A DNA stretch of 64,000 nucleotides, taken from positions 145,026 through 209,025 of the forward strand of contig CAVRVE010000028.1 of the NCBI GenBank assembly GCA_963724555.1, read 5' to 3'. The translations under genes and the position numbers were made by a program. This DNA is from an uncultured Acidobacteriota bacterium. GTDB lineage: Bacteria; Acidobacteriota; Vicinamibacteria; Fen-336. Of this stretch, positions 30,156-40,111 are shown in pieces; within the stretch, counting starts at the first letter, position 1; the number at the start of each line of letters is the position of its first letter. The notes below the pieces were generated by a model. The model worked only from the letters and a program-made list of their open reading frames with translations, ran no database searches and had not been told where the DNA came from.

Positions 30156-30510
30156 GCGCCCGTGCGGGCTGGCGGCCCTCGGCTCCAGCTGGCTCTCGAT
30201 CATGCGCGCGATCGACGACTGCGGCACGGCGCCGATCTGCGCGTCGACCACCTTGCCCTCCCGGAACACCAGCAGCGTCGGGATCGAGCGGACCCCGAAG
30301 GCGTTCGCGACCTCGGGGCTCTCGTCGATGTTGAGCTTGGCGACCTTGGCGCGACCGGCGTAGGTCGTCGCCAGCGCCTCGACGGCGGGGGCGATCATGC
30401 GGCACGGGCGGACACCATTCCGCCCAGAAGTCCACCAGCACCGGGCCCTCGGCCTCGGCGACTTCCCGCTTCCAATTCTCGTTGTTGAGAACCACGACGT
30501 CCTTGCTCAC
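30156..30510 (-). CDS. trxA: thioredoxin (CPPC-type active site after frame correction); no in-frame stop before the esterase
   Basis: GTG start after AGGAGGG. MSKDVVVLNNENWKREVAEAEGPVLVDFWAEWC, then a frame break inside the active site (tggtgtccgcccgtgccgc), then RMIAPAVEALATTYAGRAKVAKLNIDESPEVANAFGVRSIPTLLVFREGKVVDAQIGAVPQSSIARMIESQL. Confidence 0.75.
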
Positions 30511-30688
30511 GGCCTTCGCCCTCCTGGTTTTTTCGGGTTGCAGACTCGGGACGGATCGCCCTCGCGAGCCCGCGATTCACAGCTTAGACCAAACCGGCGC
30601 CCGCCGGGGTCCGGGCGGGTCCACGCCCGTAAATCTTTGCAAAACCGGCTTTTCCACGGCAGTCGCCGCGGCCTTATACTCCCCTGCC

Positions 30689-31804
30689 GTGACCTGGATC
30701 AAGAGCCCCGCCGAGCTCGAAAAGCTGGTGCAGGCGCTCGCGAGCTGCCGCGCGATCGGGCTCGACACCGAGTCGGACAGCCTCTACCACCACCGCGACA
30801 AGGTCTGCCTCGTGCAGATCGCGACCGACCGCGGCGAGGCCTTCCTGGTCGACAGCCTGGCGGTGGACCTGCGGCCGCTCGGTCCCGCGATGGCGGACCC
30901 GCAGCTCGTCAAGGTGCTGCACGGCGCCGATTACGACGTCACGACGCTCAAGCGCGACTTCGGCTTCGGCTTCGCCGCGCTCTTCGACACCATGATCGCC
31001 GCGCGCCTGCTCGGGCGCAGCGAGCTCGGCCTCGTCGCGGTCGCGCGCGACGAGCTGGGCGTCACGCTCACGAAGACCAACCAGAAGGACGACTGGTCGC
31101 GGCGTCCGCTCACGCCGCAGCAGGAGGCCTACGCGCTCGCCGACGTCCTGCATCTCGTCGAGCTGCGCGAGCGGCTCGCGGCGCGGCTTCAGGCTGCCGG
31201 CCGCCTCGAGTGGCTGCGCGAGGAATGCGACGCCGTCGCCCGGCTCGAGCCGCTCGTGCGCCGCCGCGATCCCGACGCCTACCTGGCCGTCAAGGGCGCC
31301 CGGCGCCTGCCGCCGCGCGCGCTCGCGGCGCTGCGCGAGCTCCACGCCTGGCGCGAGCGGCGGGCGGAGGAGACGGACACCCCGGCCTTCAAGATCCTCG
31401 GCAACGAGAGCCTGCTCAAGCTCGCGGAGCTCCTGCCGGCGAGCGAGGGCGCCCTGCGCGCCGTGCCCGGCGTGCTGCCACGGCTCTCCCGCCACGCCGC
31501 GGACATCCTGGCCGGGGTGAAGCGAGCGCAGGCGCTCGCCGAGCAGGAGCTGCCGGTGGTGCCGCGCGCGGTGCGCCCGGTCGTTCCCGACGTGCAGCTG
31601 CGGCGCGTGGAGCGCCTCAAGGCGTGGCGGACGCTGAAGGGCGCCGAGCTGGGGCTCGACGCCGCCGTGGTGCTCCCGCAGCGCCTGATCGACCGCCTCG
31701 CGGAAGCGGCCCCGGGCGACGTCTCGGCGCTCGGGCAGGTCGAGGGCCTGCGGGCCTGGCGGGCGAGCGCCTTCGGCGCCGAGCTGCTGGCGGCCGTATC
31801 ATAG
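30689..31804 (+). CDS. rnd: ribonuclease D
   Basis: ORF 30482..31804 trimmed to the GTG at 30689. DEDD exonuclease motifs GLDTESDSLYHHRDKVCLVQIA, LHGADYDV and YALADVLHL, plus a C-terminal HRDC-like region. Size is about that of E. coli RNase D. Confidence 0.85.
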   Translation: MTWIKSPAELEKLVQALASCRAIGLDTESDSLYHHRDKVCLVQIATDRGEAFLVDSLAVDLRPLGPAMADPQLVKVLHGADYDVTTLKRDFGFGFAALFDTMIAARLLGRSELGLVAVARDELGVTLTKTNQKDDWSRRPLTPQQEAYALADVLHLVELRERLAARLQAAGRLEWLREECDAVARLEPLVRRRDPDAYLAVKGARRLPPRALAALRELHAWRERRAEETDTPAFKILGNESLLKLAELLPASEGALRAVPGVLPRLSRHAADILAGVKRAQALAEQELPVVPRAVRPVVPDVQLRRVERLKAWRTLKGAELGLDAAVVLPQRLIDRLAEAAPGDVSALGQVEGLRAWRASAFGAELLAAVS

Positions 31805-31812
31805 GGGCCGAA

Positions 31813-33927
31813 TTGAACTTCGGAAAATTCGAGAATCTGGCCGAGCTCGGCCACGGCGCGATGGGCACGGTCTACCGGGCCCACGATCCGATCCTCGACC
31901 GTCCCGTCGCGCTCAAGACCGTCGCGCCGGCGCTGCTGACGAGCCCGGAGGCGCTCGCCCGCTTCAGGCGCGAGGCGCGCGCGGCGGCGCGCCTGACCCA
32001 CCCGAACATCGTCACGATCTACGAGATCGGCGACGTCGCCGGCACCCACTACATCGCGATGGAGCTCGTCGAGGGCTTCGACCTCGGTCGAGGCGATGAC
32101 GCCGCCCGACCGCTACGGGCTCGAGCAGAAGGTGCGGATGGTGGTCGACGTCTGCCGCGGGCTCCACTTCGCCCATCGCATGGGCGTCGTCCACCGCGAC
32201 GTCAAGCCCGCGAACATCCGGCTCACGCACGACGGGACGATCAAGATCCTCGACTTCGGCATCGCGCGCCGGACCGGCGGCGAGACGACCGACCCCAACC
32301 TCACGCAGGCGGGAGTGGTGCTCGGGACCCCGAGCTACCTCTCGCCCGAGCTGCTGCAGGGAGGCAAGGTCGACCACCGCGCCGACATGTGGGCCGTCGG
32401 CGTGATCCTCTACGAGATGGTCTCGGGGCGGCGTCCTTTCGAGGCGCCCACGATCACGAGCCTGATGACGAAGATCATGACCGCGCCGCCGCATCCGCTC
32501 GACGCCAAGGCGCTGCGGCTTCCCGACGGGCTCGCGGCGGTCACGCTGCGCGCGCTCGACAAGGATCCCGAGAAGCGCTTCCCCGACCTCGACGCGATGG
32601 CCAAGGCGCTGCTGGCGTCGATCGGAGCCGACGCCGCCCAAGGAGCAGCCGCTCGATCCGCTCGTCCGCAAGCGCGCGTACGAGGCCAACTTCGCCGAGG
32701 CCCGGCGCATGCTGGCCGAGGAAGACCTGACGGGCGCGCTCCAGGCGGCGCGCCGCGCGCAGTCGCTCGACCCGGCGCGCACCGGCATCGTCTCGCTCAT
32801 CAAGGTGATCGAGGAGCGCCTGCGCTCGGCGTCGACCCTGCAGCGCCTGCCGCCCCCGCTGCCGGCCGGGGCGAAGGTCGCCGACAAGACCAGGGTCGCC
32901 GTCGCCACGGCACCGCCCGCCCGTCCGCGTCGGGGGCGCGACCGTGCCCGGGCTGCCCGTGCCGCCCGGGCCGCTCGACACGGCCACGCTGCGCACCCGC
33001 GGCGCCGCGGCGTTCCGCGAGCTCGGGGTGTTCGGCGAGCCGCCGCCCACCAAGGAGGCGGCGCTCTCGCCGGTCAGCGACCTCTTCGCGGTGGCAGGTG
33101 CGGACGGGGCGATCCGGCTCTGGGAGCTGCGCTCGCGCAACCGCGTCGGCCTGCTGCGCACGGACCTCCACCGCCGCTCGGGCCACGACGCGGCGGCGGT
33201 CTCGCTCGCCTTCTCGCCCGACGGCTCGCTGCTCGCCTCGGCGCACGTCGACGGCGTCGTGCACCTGTGGGACATGGCGACGCGCGACGAGATCGACGTC
33301 AAGCTGCGGCACGACGAGACGGTCGGGGCGATCGCGTTCTCGCCGGACGGCGCGACGCTCGCCACCGGCTCGTACGACGCCAACCTGCGCTTCTTCGACG
33401 TGGGCGCCGCGATCGCCGGCGAGGCGAGGCGCGAGCTGCTGCGCCAGCCGACCGGCGTCACGGCGCTCACCTGGGTCGGCGGCGGCGAGTGGATCCTGAC
33501 CGGCCACTCGTCGAAGGTGCTGCGGCTCACCGACCCGCTGCGCGGCCGGCTGGTGGCGACGATGCGCGGGCCCGAGGCGCTCGTCAACCTGCTGGTGCTC
33601 TCGCCCGACGGCCGCCACCTCGCGGTGGCGAGCCACGACAAGACGATCCGGCTCTACGACCTCGCGACGCGCGAGCAGGTCGGCCAGTTCGCGCCGTTGA
33701 AGCGACCGGCCACCTCGCTCTGCTTCCTCGCCGAGGGCGGCTTCCTCGCGAGCGTCTGCCAGGACAACGTGGTGCAGCTCTGGGACGTCGAGTCGCGCTC
33801 GCTCGCGACGACGCTCTGGGGCCCGAACGACGAGAGCCTGGTGTCGCTCGCGCTCTTCGGCGAGTCGAACCACATCGCCGCGGCCCTCGCCGACGGCAGG
33901 ATGCGCGTGTGGGGGCCGTCCCCTTGA
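31813..33927 (+). CDS. Ser/Thr protein kinase fused to WD40 beta-propeller; three frame breaks
   Basis: TTG start after AGGGG. Kinase motifs LGHGAMGTVYRA, VALK, HRDVKPANIRL, ILDFGIA, GTPSYLSPE. A TPR-like linker follows. WD40 blades: AGADGAIRLWEL, ASAHVDGVVHLWDM, TGSYDANLRFFDV, VASHDKTIRLYDL, VCQDNVVQLWDV, LADGRMRVWGP. Breaks near 32090, 32640 and 32930. Confidence 0.85.
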
Positions 33928-33930
33928 GGA

Positions 33931-33950
33931 GGGGTGCTGCGCCGCACCCC
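33931..33950 (+). terminator. GC hairpin 3' of the kinase-WD40 gene
   Basis: GGGGTGC-tgcgcc-GCACCCC starts 4 nt after the stop and is followed by CCTCACCCCCC. There is no U-tract. Confidence 0.35.
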
Positions 33951-34172
33951 CCTCACCCCCCGCTCGCTACGCGGGAGTGAATCCCGCTCCGCTCGCCGCC
34001 CGTTGCCTTAGCCCTTCGATTGACGATCGGCAGAGGAGAGCGAAACCCGCGGCCTGCTGCCTCCTTCTTTGAACCGGGGGACTGCGTCCCCCGGACCCCC
34101 TTCGCTGCCTGCAACCCGGAATGACCACGTCATCTGGTTGCGATCGATCAGAAGCGCCACTACGATTCGCGG

Positions 34173-35240
34173 ATGAACGACGCGCGCGAGTTCCACGACG
34201 GCCAGAAAGACGGGCTCGTCGCACTCGAGAGCCTCGATCTCGACAAGGTGAAGTCGTTCGCCGGCCTGCTGCGGGCGATGTCGCGCACCGCGTTCAGCGG
34301 CCGCTCGCTGGGCGAAGCGCTCGACGTCACCGTCGCGATGGTGAAGGACCCCGACTGCAAGGTGGTGCTGACGCTGTCGGGCGCGATGACGATCGCCAAG
34401 ATGGGCCGGATCATCTCGAAGATGATCGACACCGGCATGGTCCACGCGGTCGTCTCGACGGGCGCTCTCATGGCCCACGGCATGTCGGAGGCGGTCGGCC
34501 TCACGCACTACCGCCACGACCCGACCATGTCGGACGAGGAGCTGTTCGAGAAGGGCTACAACCGCGTCTACGACACGCTCGAGATGGAGGCGAACCTCAA
34601 CTACGTCGAGGATTTCACCTCGCGGGCGCTCGATCGGCTGGCGAACGCGGGCGAGCTGTCGAGCGAGATCATCAACCGCACGCTCGGCGAGGTGCTGGCC
34701 GAGGACCCGAAGGCTTCGGGTGTGCTGCGCAGCGCGTACCTCAAGAAGGTGCCCGTCTACGTTCCGGCCTTCACCGACTCCGAGCTCGGGCTCGATCTTT
34801 CCACCTGGGCGATGAAGCGCGCCCACGCGCGGGGGGTGAAGGATCCGCTCGAGCTCTTGTCCGAGGTCCCGCGCTACAACCCGTTCCTCGACCTCGGCAG
34901 CTTCGCGCGCTTCGCGCTGTCGGCGAAGAAGCTCGGGATCTTCACGATCGGCGGCGGCGTCCCGCGCAACTGGGCGCAGGAGGTCGGCCCCTACGTCGAC
35001 ATCACGAACCACCGCCTGGGCCTGAGCCTGAACGCGCCGCGCTACACCTACGCCGTGCGCATCTGCCCCGAGCCGGTCCACTGGGGCGGGCTCTCGGGCT
35101 GCACCTATTCGGAAGGCGTCTCGTGGGGCAAGTTCGTGCCGCCGTCCGACGGCGGGCGCTTCGCCGAGGTCTACGCCGACGCCACCACCGTGTGGCCGCT
35201 GCTGATGAAGGGTGTCCTCGAGGAGCTCGGCCTCTCGTAG
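34173..35240 (+). CDS. deoxyhypusine synthase family protein (bacterial homolog)
   Basis: 355 aa with VVLTLSGAMTIAKMGRIISKMIDTGMVHAVVSTGALMAHG ... GGGVPRNWAQ ... SWGKF, colinear with the DHS family. Confidence 0.85.
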   Translation: MNDAREFHDGQKDGLVALESLDLDKVKSFAGLLRAMSRTAFSGRSLGEALDVTVAMVKDPDCKVVLTLSGAMTIAKMGRIISKMIDTGMVHAVVSTGALMAHGMSEAVGLTHYRHDPTMSDEELFEKGYNRVYDTLEMEANLNYVEDFTSRALDRLANAGELSSEIINRTLGEVLAEDPKASGVLRSAYLKKVPVYVPAFTDSELGLDLSTWAMKRAHARGVKDPLELLSEVPRYNPFLDLGSFARFALSAKKLGIFTIGGGVPRNWAQEVGPYVDITNHRLGLSLNAPRYTYAVRICPEPVHWGGLSGCTYSEGVSWGKFVPPSDGGRFAEVYADATTVWPLLMKGVLEELGLS

Positions 35241-35256
35241 GCGGGCCTTCATCAGC

Positions 35257-35901
35257 GTGGATCGCCTGCCCAAGGGCCTGACCCGCGGCGAGGACGGCGT
35301 CGTCCGCTGCTTCTGGGCCGGCAGCGACCCGGTCTACCGCCGCTACCACGACGAGGAGTGGGGCTTCCCCGTCGCCGACGACCGCCGGCTCTTCGAGAAG
35401 ATCTGCCTCGAAGGCTTCCAGTCCGGCCTGAGCTGGCTGACGATCCTCAGGAAGCGCGAGAACTTCCGGGCGGCCTTCTCGGGCTTCGACGCCGACCGCG
35501 TCGTGCGCTTCGGGTCGCGCGACGTCGCCCGCCTGCTCCGCGACGCGGGCATCGTGCGCCACCGCGGCAAGATCGAGTCGACGATCAACAACGCGGGCCG
35601 CGCCCGCGAGCTCGCGCGCGCGCACGGCTCGCTCGCGGCGTTCTTCTGGGCGTACGAGCCCACGGCCGCCGAACGCCCGCGCCGGCTCACCCGCGCCGCG
35701 CTCGTGAAGATGGCCACGACACCCGCCTCGGTCCGGCTCAGCAAGGAGCTGAAGCGGCTGGGCTTCAGCTTCGTGGGCCCGACCACGGTCTACGCCTTCA
35801 TGCAGGCGATGGGGCTCGTCAACGATCACCTCGAAGGCTGCGCGGTGCGCGAGCGCGCGGAGCGGGAGCGCGAGCGCTTCCGCAGGCCGCGCCGCGCATG
35901 A
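35257..35901 (+). CDS. tag: DNA-3-methyladenine glycosylase I
   Basis: YHDEEWGFPVADDRRLFEKICLEGFQSGLSWLTILRKRENFRAAF...RHRGKIESTINNA...GPTTVYAFMQAMGLVNDH. Start chosen at GTG 35257 (ORF 35212..35901). Confidence 0.85.
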   Translation: MDRLPKGLTRGEDGVVRCFWAGSDPVYRRYHDEEWGFPVADDRRLFEKICLEGFQSGLSWLTILRKRENFRAAFSGFDADRVVRFGSRDVARLLRDAGIVRHRGKIESTINNAGRARELARAHGSLAAFFWAYEPTAAERPRRLTRAALVKMATTPASVRLSKELKRLGFSFVGPTTVYAFMQAMGLVNDHLEGCAVRERAERERERFRRPRRA

Positions 35902-36659
35902 TCGACGTCGCGGGCCTCGGTCGCCGCTACGGCGACGTGGTCGCGGTCGACGGAGTCTCCTTCCGGGTCGCGACCGGCGAGCTGGTGGCGCTCGTCGGCG
36001 GCTCCGGCTCGGGCAAGACCACGACGCTCAAGATGATCAATCGGCTCGTGGAGCCGGACGCCGGGCGCGTGACGATCGACGGCCAGGACACCGCCTCGCT
36101 CGAGCCTCACGTGCTGCGGCGCTCGATCGGCTACGCGTTCCAGGGCGTGGGCCTGTTCCCCCACCTGACGGTGGCCGAGAACGTCGCCGTTCCGCTGCGG
36201 CTCGCGGGCTGGTCGCGCGAGCGCATCCACGCGCGCGTCGACGAGCTGCTGGCGCTGCTCGAGCTCGACGGGTCGCTGCTCGCGCGGTTCCCGGCCGAGC
36301 TGTCGGGCGGACAGCAGCAGCGCGTGGGCGTGGCGCGGGCGCTCGCCGCCTCACCGCGCGTGATCCTGCTCGACGAGCCGTTCGGAGCGCTCGACCCGCT
36401 CACGCGCGACCGGCTGCAAGGCTCGTTCGACGCGCTGCGGCGCCGTCTCGGGCTGACGGCGGTGTTCGTGACGCACGACGTCGCCGAGGCGCTGGTGCTG
36501 GCCGACCGCATCGGCGTGATGCGCGCCGGTCGCCTGATCCAGCTCGGGACGCCCGCCGAGATGGCGCGCCAGCCCGCCGACGAGGACGTCGCACGGCTGC
36601 TCGACACGCCGCGCCGGCAGGCGCGCGTCGTCGCGTCGCGCTTCGAGCCGGCGCCGTGA
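35898..36659 (+). CDS. osmoprotectant (glycine betaine/choline-type) ABC transporter ATP-binding protein
   Basis: The ATG overlaps the tag stop. Walker A GGSGSGKTTTLKMINRL, signature LSGGQQQRVGVARAL, Walker B ILLDEPFGALD. Confidence 0.85.
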   Translation: MIDVAGLGRRYGDVVAVDGVSFRVATGELVALVGGSGSGKTTTLKMINRLVEPDAGRVTIDGQDTASLEPHVLRRSIGYAFQGVGLFPHLTVAENVAVPLRLAGWSRERIHARVDELLALLELDGSLLARFPAELSGGQQQRVGVARALAASPRVILLDEPFGALDPLTRDRLQGSFDALRRRLGLTAVFVTHDVAEALVLADRIGVMRAGRLIQLGTPAEMARQPADEDVARLLDTPRRQARVVASRFEPAP

Positions 36660-38163
36660 GCGAAGCGCTCGCGCTGCTGCCGGAGTACCTCTCGGCCCAC
36701 GTGCGGCTCACGCTCGCGGCGCTCGTCGCGGGAGTGCTGCTCGCCGTTCCGGCCGGCGTGCTCGCGAGCCGCGTGCGCGCTCTCGAAGGGCCGGTCGTCG
36801 GCCTCGCCGGCGTCATCCAGACGATCCCCGCGCTCGCGCTCCTGGCCGTGATGGTGCCGCTGCTGAGCGGGCTCGGCCTTCCGGGGATCGGTGTGCTACC
36901 GGCCTTCCTCGGGCTCGTGCTCTACAGCCTGCTGCCGATCCTGCGCAACACGGTGGCGGGCCTGCGCGGCATCGATCCCGCGGTGCTCGAAGCGGCGGCT
37001 GGCGTGGGGATGACCGACCGCGAGCGGCTGTGGCAGGTCGAGCTGCCGCTGGCGCTGCCGGTCGTGGCCGCCGGCGTCCGCACCGCCACCGTCTGGACCG
37101 TGGGCATGGCCACGCTCTCGACGCCCGTCGGGGCCACGAGCCTCGGCAACTACGTCTTCGCCGGCCTGCAGACGCGGAACTCGGCGTCGATCCTGATCGG
37201 CTGCGCGGCGGCCGCGGCCCTCGCTCTCGGCCTCGACTTCCTGGTGCGACAGGTGGCGACCGGCCTCGGCGAGCGCCGGCGCGGCCGGATCGTCTTCGGC
37301 CTCGTCGGCCTCGCGCTGCTGGCCGCCTGGGCGTGGAGCGTCGCCGGCGCGACGCGCAGCACGGGGGCGCGCCCGGTGCGCATCGGAGGAAAGACCTTCA
37401 CCGAGCAGTACGTGCTCGCGGAGATCCTGGCCGAGGCCGTGCGCTCGCGCGCGGGTCGCGAGGCCGTGGTCCTGACGGGACTCGGCTCGACGGTCGCCTT
37501 CGACGCGCTCGGCGCGAGGCGAGATCGACTTCTACGTCGACTACACGGGAACGCTCTGGAGCACGGTGATGCACCGGACCGCCGCGGCCGGCCCGCGCGA
37601 GCGCGTGCTCGGGGAGGTGCGCACGTGGCTCCTCGAGACGCACGGGATCCGGCTGGCGGCGGCGCTCGGCTTCGAGAACGCCTACTGCTTCGCGGTCCGG
37701 CGCGAGACCGCCGACCGCCTGCGGCTGCGCACGCTCGGCGACCTGTCGCGACACGCCGCCGGCCTCACGCTCGCGAGCGACTACGAGTTCTTCTCGCGCG
37801 AGGAGTGGCGCTCGGTCGAGCGCGCCTACGGGCTCGCGTTCCGCGAGAAGCGGACGATGGATCCGTCGCTCCTCTACCAGGCGATCGCGGCGCGCCAGGT
37901 GGACGTGGTGACGGCCTACTCGTCGGACGGCCGCATCGACGCGCTCGACCTCGTGACGCTCGAGGACGAGAAGGGCGCGATCCCCCCCTACGACGCGGTG
38001 GTCCTGGCGGGCGCGCGCATCGCCCGCGAGTCGCCCGAGGTGATGGCGGCCGTCGAGCGCCTCGACGGCGCGATCGACGCGGCCCGCATGCGGGCGCTCA
38101 ACCGGATGGTGGACGAGGAGGGGCAAGACGGCGAAGGCGGCGGCGGCGGAGTTCCTGAAGTAG
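36656..38163 (+). CDS. osmoprotectant ABC transporter fused permease / substrate-binding protein; two frame breaks
   Basis: Permease half has VIQTIPALALLAVMVPL and YSLLPILRNTVAGL. SBP half has RIGGKTFTEQYVLAEILA, then (ORF 37566..38225) IDFYVDYTGTLW...DYEFFSREEW...VVTAYSSDGRI...LEDEKGAIPPYDAVVL. Breaks near 37520 and 38125. The corrected tail MVDEEGKTAKAAAAEFLK stops at 38161-38163. Confidence 0.8.
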
Positions 38164-38288
38164 CGTGCGCACGCGTCATACATCCGCCGACCCCGCCAAA
38201 GGGCGTGGGGCTACCCGAACGGTGAAAGGACCTCACGCGCGGTTCCGTGTGCCCACACCGCCGTCGTCTCCTGCCCCCCTGGTGTCGG

Positions 38289-38359
38289 CAATAACACCGA
38301 GTTCAGCGGCGAGGCGCCATCCCTGCGCCAGCCTCGTCCGCTGCAACTCGTCGTTAGGC
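38289..38359 (-). repeat. attC site 3 (distal)
   Basis: Minus-strand reading: GCCTAAC-GACGAGTTGCAGCGGACGAGG-loop-CCTCGCCGCTGAACTCGGT-GTTATTG. R'' is a perfect RYYYAAC. The arms pair with two unpaired bases in the R''-side arm. The site lies 29 nt 3' of the NTF2-like ORF. Confidence 0.7.
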
Positions 38360-38387
38360 GCCGCTCACTCTACACACGAAGTGGGGC

Positions 38388-38873
38388 CTAGGGCTTCACC
38401 GGGCCGTGTATCTTCTCAGCTGCGCCGGGAGGCAGTGGCTGGATCAACACGTTGTGGTAGTCAGCAATCCACCACTTCCCGCTGCTCTTCGTCACGATGA
38501 GAACGGGAACGTACTGTCTCAACGGAATGATGCTCTGGCCATCGTAGTCGATTGTGTTAGCAATGTCCCAGTCACAGTGGACCGCCGCGACGCCGGGCGC
38601 GTAGAACCTGATGCGCGTAGCCGTCACCGTCAACGTTGGTCCGGTGCTTCGGTAGGACGCAACTCGTTCCGGAACGAGTAGGTCAAGGAATACTTGAGGG
38701 ATTCTCGAAGAGGAAACGGGCTGCTGCCGGCTGGGCCTCAACAGGGCTCGAAGAAGCACAGGACGGTCATCGAACCTGTTGTGAAGTGATCGAAGAGTAC
38801 ATAATGGTAGTGGAAGATGTAATAAGGTGAGAAGAACAGAGGAGATGATTTTATATACGCGGAGTACTTCCAC
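38388..38873 (-). CDS. secreted NTF2-like (SnoaL/DUF4440-type) protein, integron cassette ORF
   Basis: 161-aa ORF. Hydrophobic N-terminus IISSVLLTLLHLPLPLC. C-terminal half TVTATRIRFYAPGVAAVHCDWDI...VPVLIVTKSSGKWWIADYHN matches the cone-shaped NTF2-like fold pattern. Lower G+C than the host genes. Confidence 0.6.
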   Translation of the reverse strand: MEVLRVYKIISSVLLTLLHLPLPLCTLRSLHNRFDDRPVLLRALLRPSRQQPVSSSRIPQVFLDLLVPERVASYRSTGPTLTVTATRIRFYAPGVAAVHCDWDIANTIDYDGQSIIPLRQYVPVLIVTKSSGKWWIADYHNVLIQPLPPGAAEKIHGPVKP

Positions 38874-39072
38874 TCACGAATCGCGGAGGACGCTAGCTCC
38901 TCGAACTGAGGGAGGCATCTGACACGTGATTTCAGCGCACCAGACCAGACACGAGCGACGCGTCATCCGGTATTGAGAGATCGAGAGCCTCGTGAAGCAG
39001 ATGCAGGCAAATGCGCTCGAGGGGCGGTGATCTTGCTCAGAGGAACGACGGCCATTGAGCTCGCTTCGATCC

Positions 39073-39258
39073 CTAGGACTGCTGACTGCGCATTGCCGCG
39101 TCTACGGCGCTTCTTTCCGGAAGCCGCATTAGCCGAACAAGCTTCTTGGCTTTGTCTCCAGCGTCCAACTCTTCCGCAGGTTGCTTGGAGTCGCATGCGA
39201 CGCACATCGGCGCGAGCATCAGCGAGAGCGCGCCGAGCCAAGCGAGTCGTCTAGCCAC
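39073..39258 (-). CDS. small hypothetical lipoprotein-like cassette ORF
   Basis: 61-aa ORF with GTG start, MARRLAWLGALSLMLAPMCVACDSKQPAEE (signal plus Cys). It overlaps an alternative 54-aa ORF (39219..39383), so only one of the two may be real. Confidence 0.3.
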   Translation of the reverse strand: MARRLAWLGALSLMLAPMCVACDSKQPAEELDAGDKAKKLVRLMRLPERSAVDAAMRSQQS

Positions 39259-39391
39259 GCCGGTCCACAGGTCTCGAAGAAGGACAGAACGCTGACTACT
39301 CCTCGAGAAGGATCTTCGAAGAGAGGGATCAGGCTGCCTTCGAGCTCATCGATGTAGGAGAACGGCTCCTCAAGAACCATCATCGAAGAGG

Positions 39392-39446
39392 GTCGAACAC
39401 TGGGGATAAGCTGCGAAGCTCCGAAGTTAGCCGGGCTTCGTCTGCT

Positions 39447-39463
<17 letters not shown>
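39392..39463 (-). repeat. attC site 2
   Basis: Plus-strand reading: GTCGAAC-ACTGGGGATAAGCTGCGAAGC-tccgaagttagccgg-GCTTCGTCTGCTTCATCCCCTT-GTTCGAC. The arms are almost identical to attC site 1 and the loop differs. Confidence 0.8.
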
Positions 39464-39996
<533 letters not shown>

Positions 39997-40034
39997 CTAG
40001 CAGCACGGCCTGCCCGGTGGGGTCCTCTCAGTCG

Positions 40035-40111
40035 GTCGAACACCGGGGATAAGCTGCGAAGCTCCGACGCGTCTTGCACCGGGCTTCGTCTGCTTCATCC
40101 CCTTGTTCGAC
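40035..40111 (-). repeat. attC site 1 (proximal)
   Basis: Plus-strand reading: GTCGAAC-ACCGGGGATAAGCTGCGAAGC-tccgacgcgtcttgcaccgg-GCTTCGTCTGCTTCATCCCCTT-GTTCGAC. Confidence 0.8.

Noticed and set aside
30482-30688. N-terminal extension of the rnd ORF (MLRTTTSLLTAFALL...)
   Set aside because: It would overlap the divergent thioredoxin start and its promoter region. RNase D homology and the expected length begin at GTG 30689.
38873-39075. Search for a fourth attC between the NTF2-like ORF and the small lipoprotein-like ORF
   Set aside because: There is no GTT/AAC core pair in this stretch. Only a weak, heavily mismatched hairpin is present (AGATC...CCTCG / CGAGG...GATCT), which is not enough to call a site.
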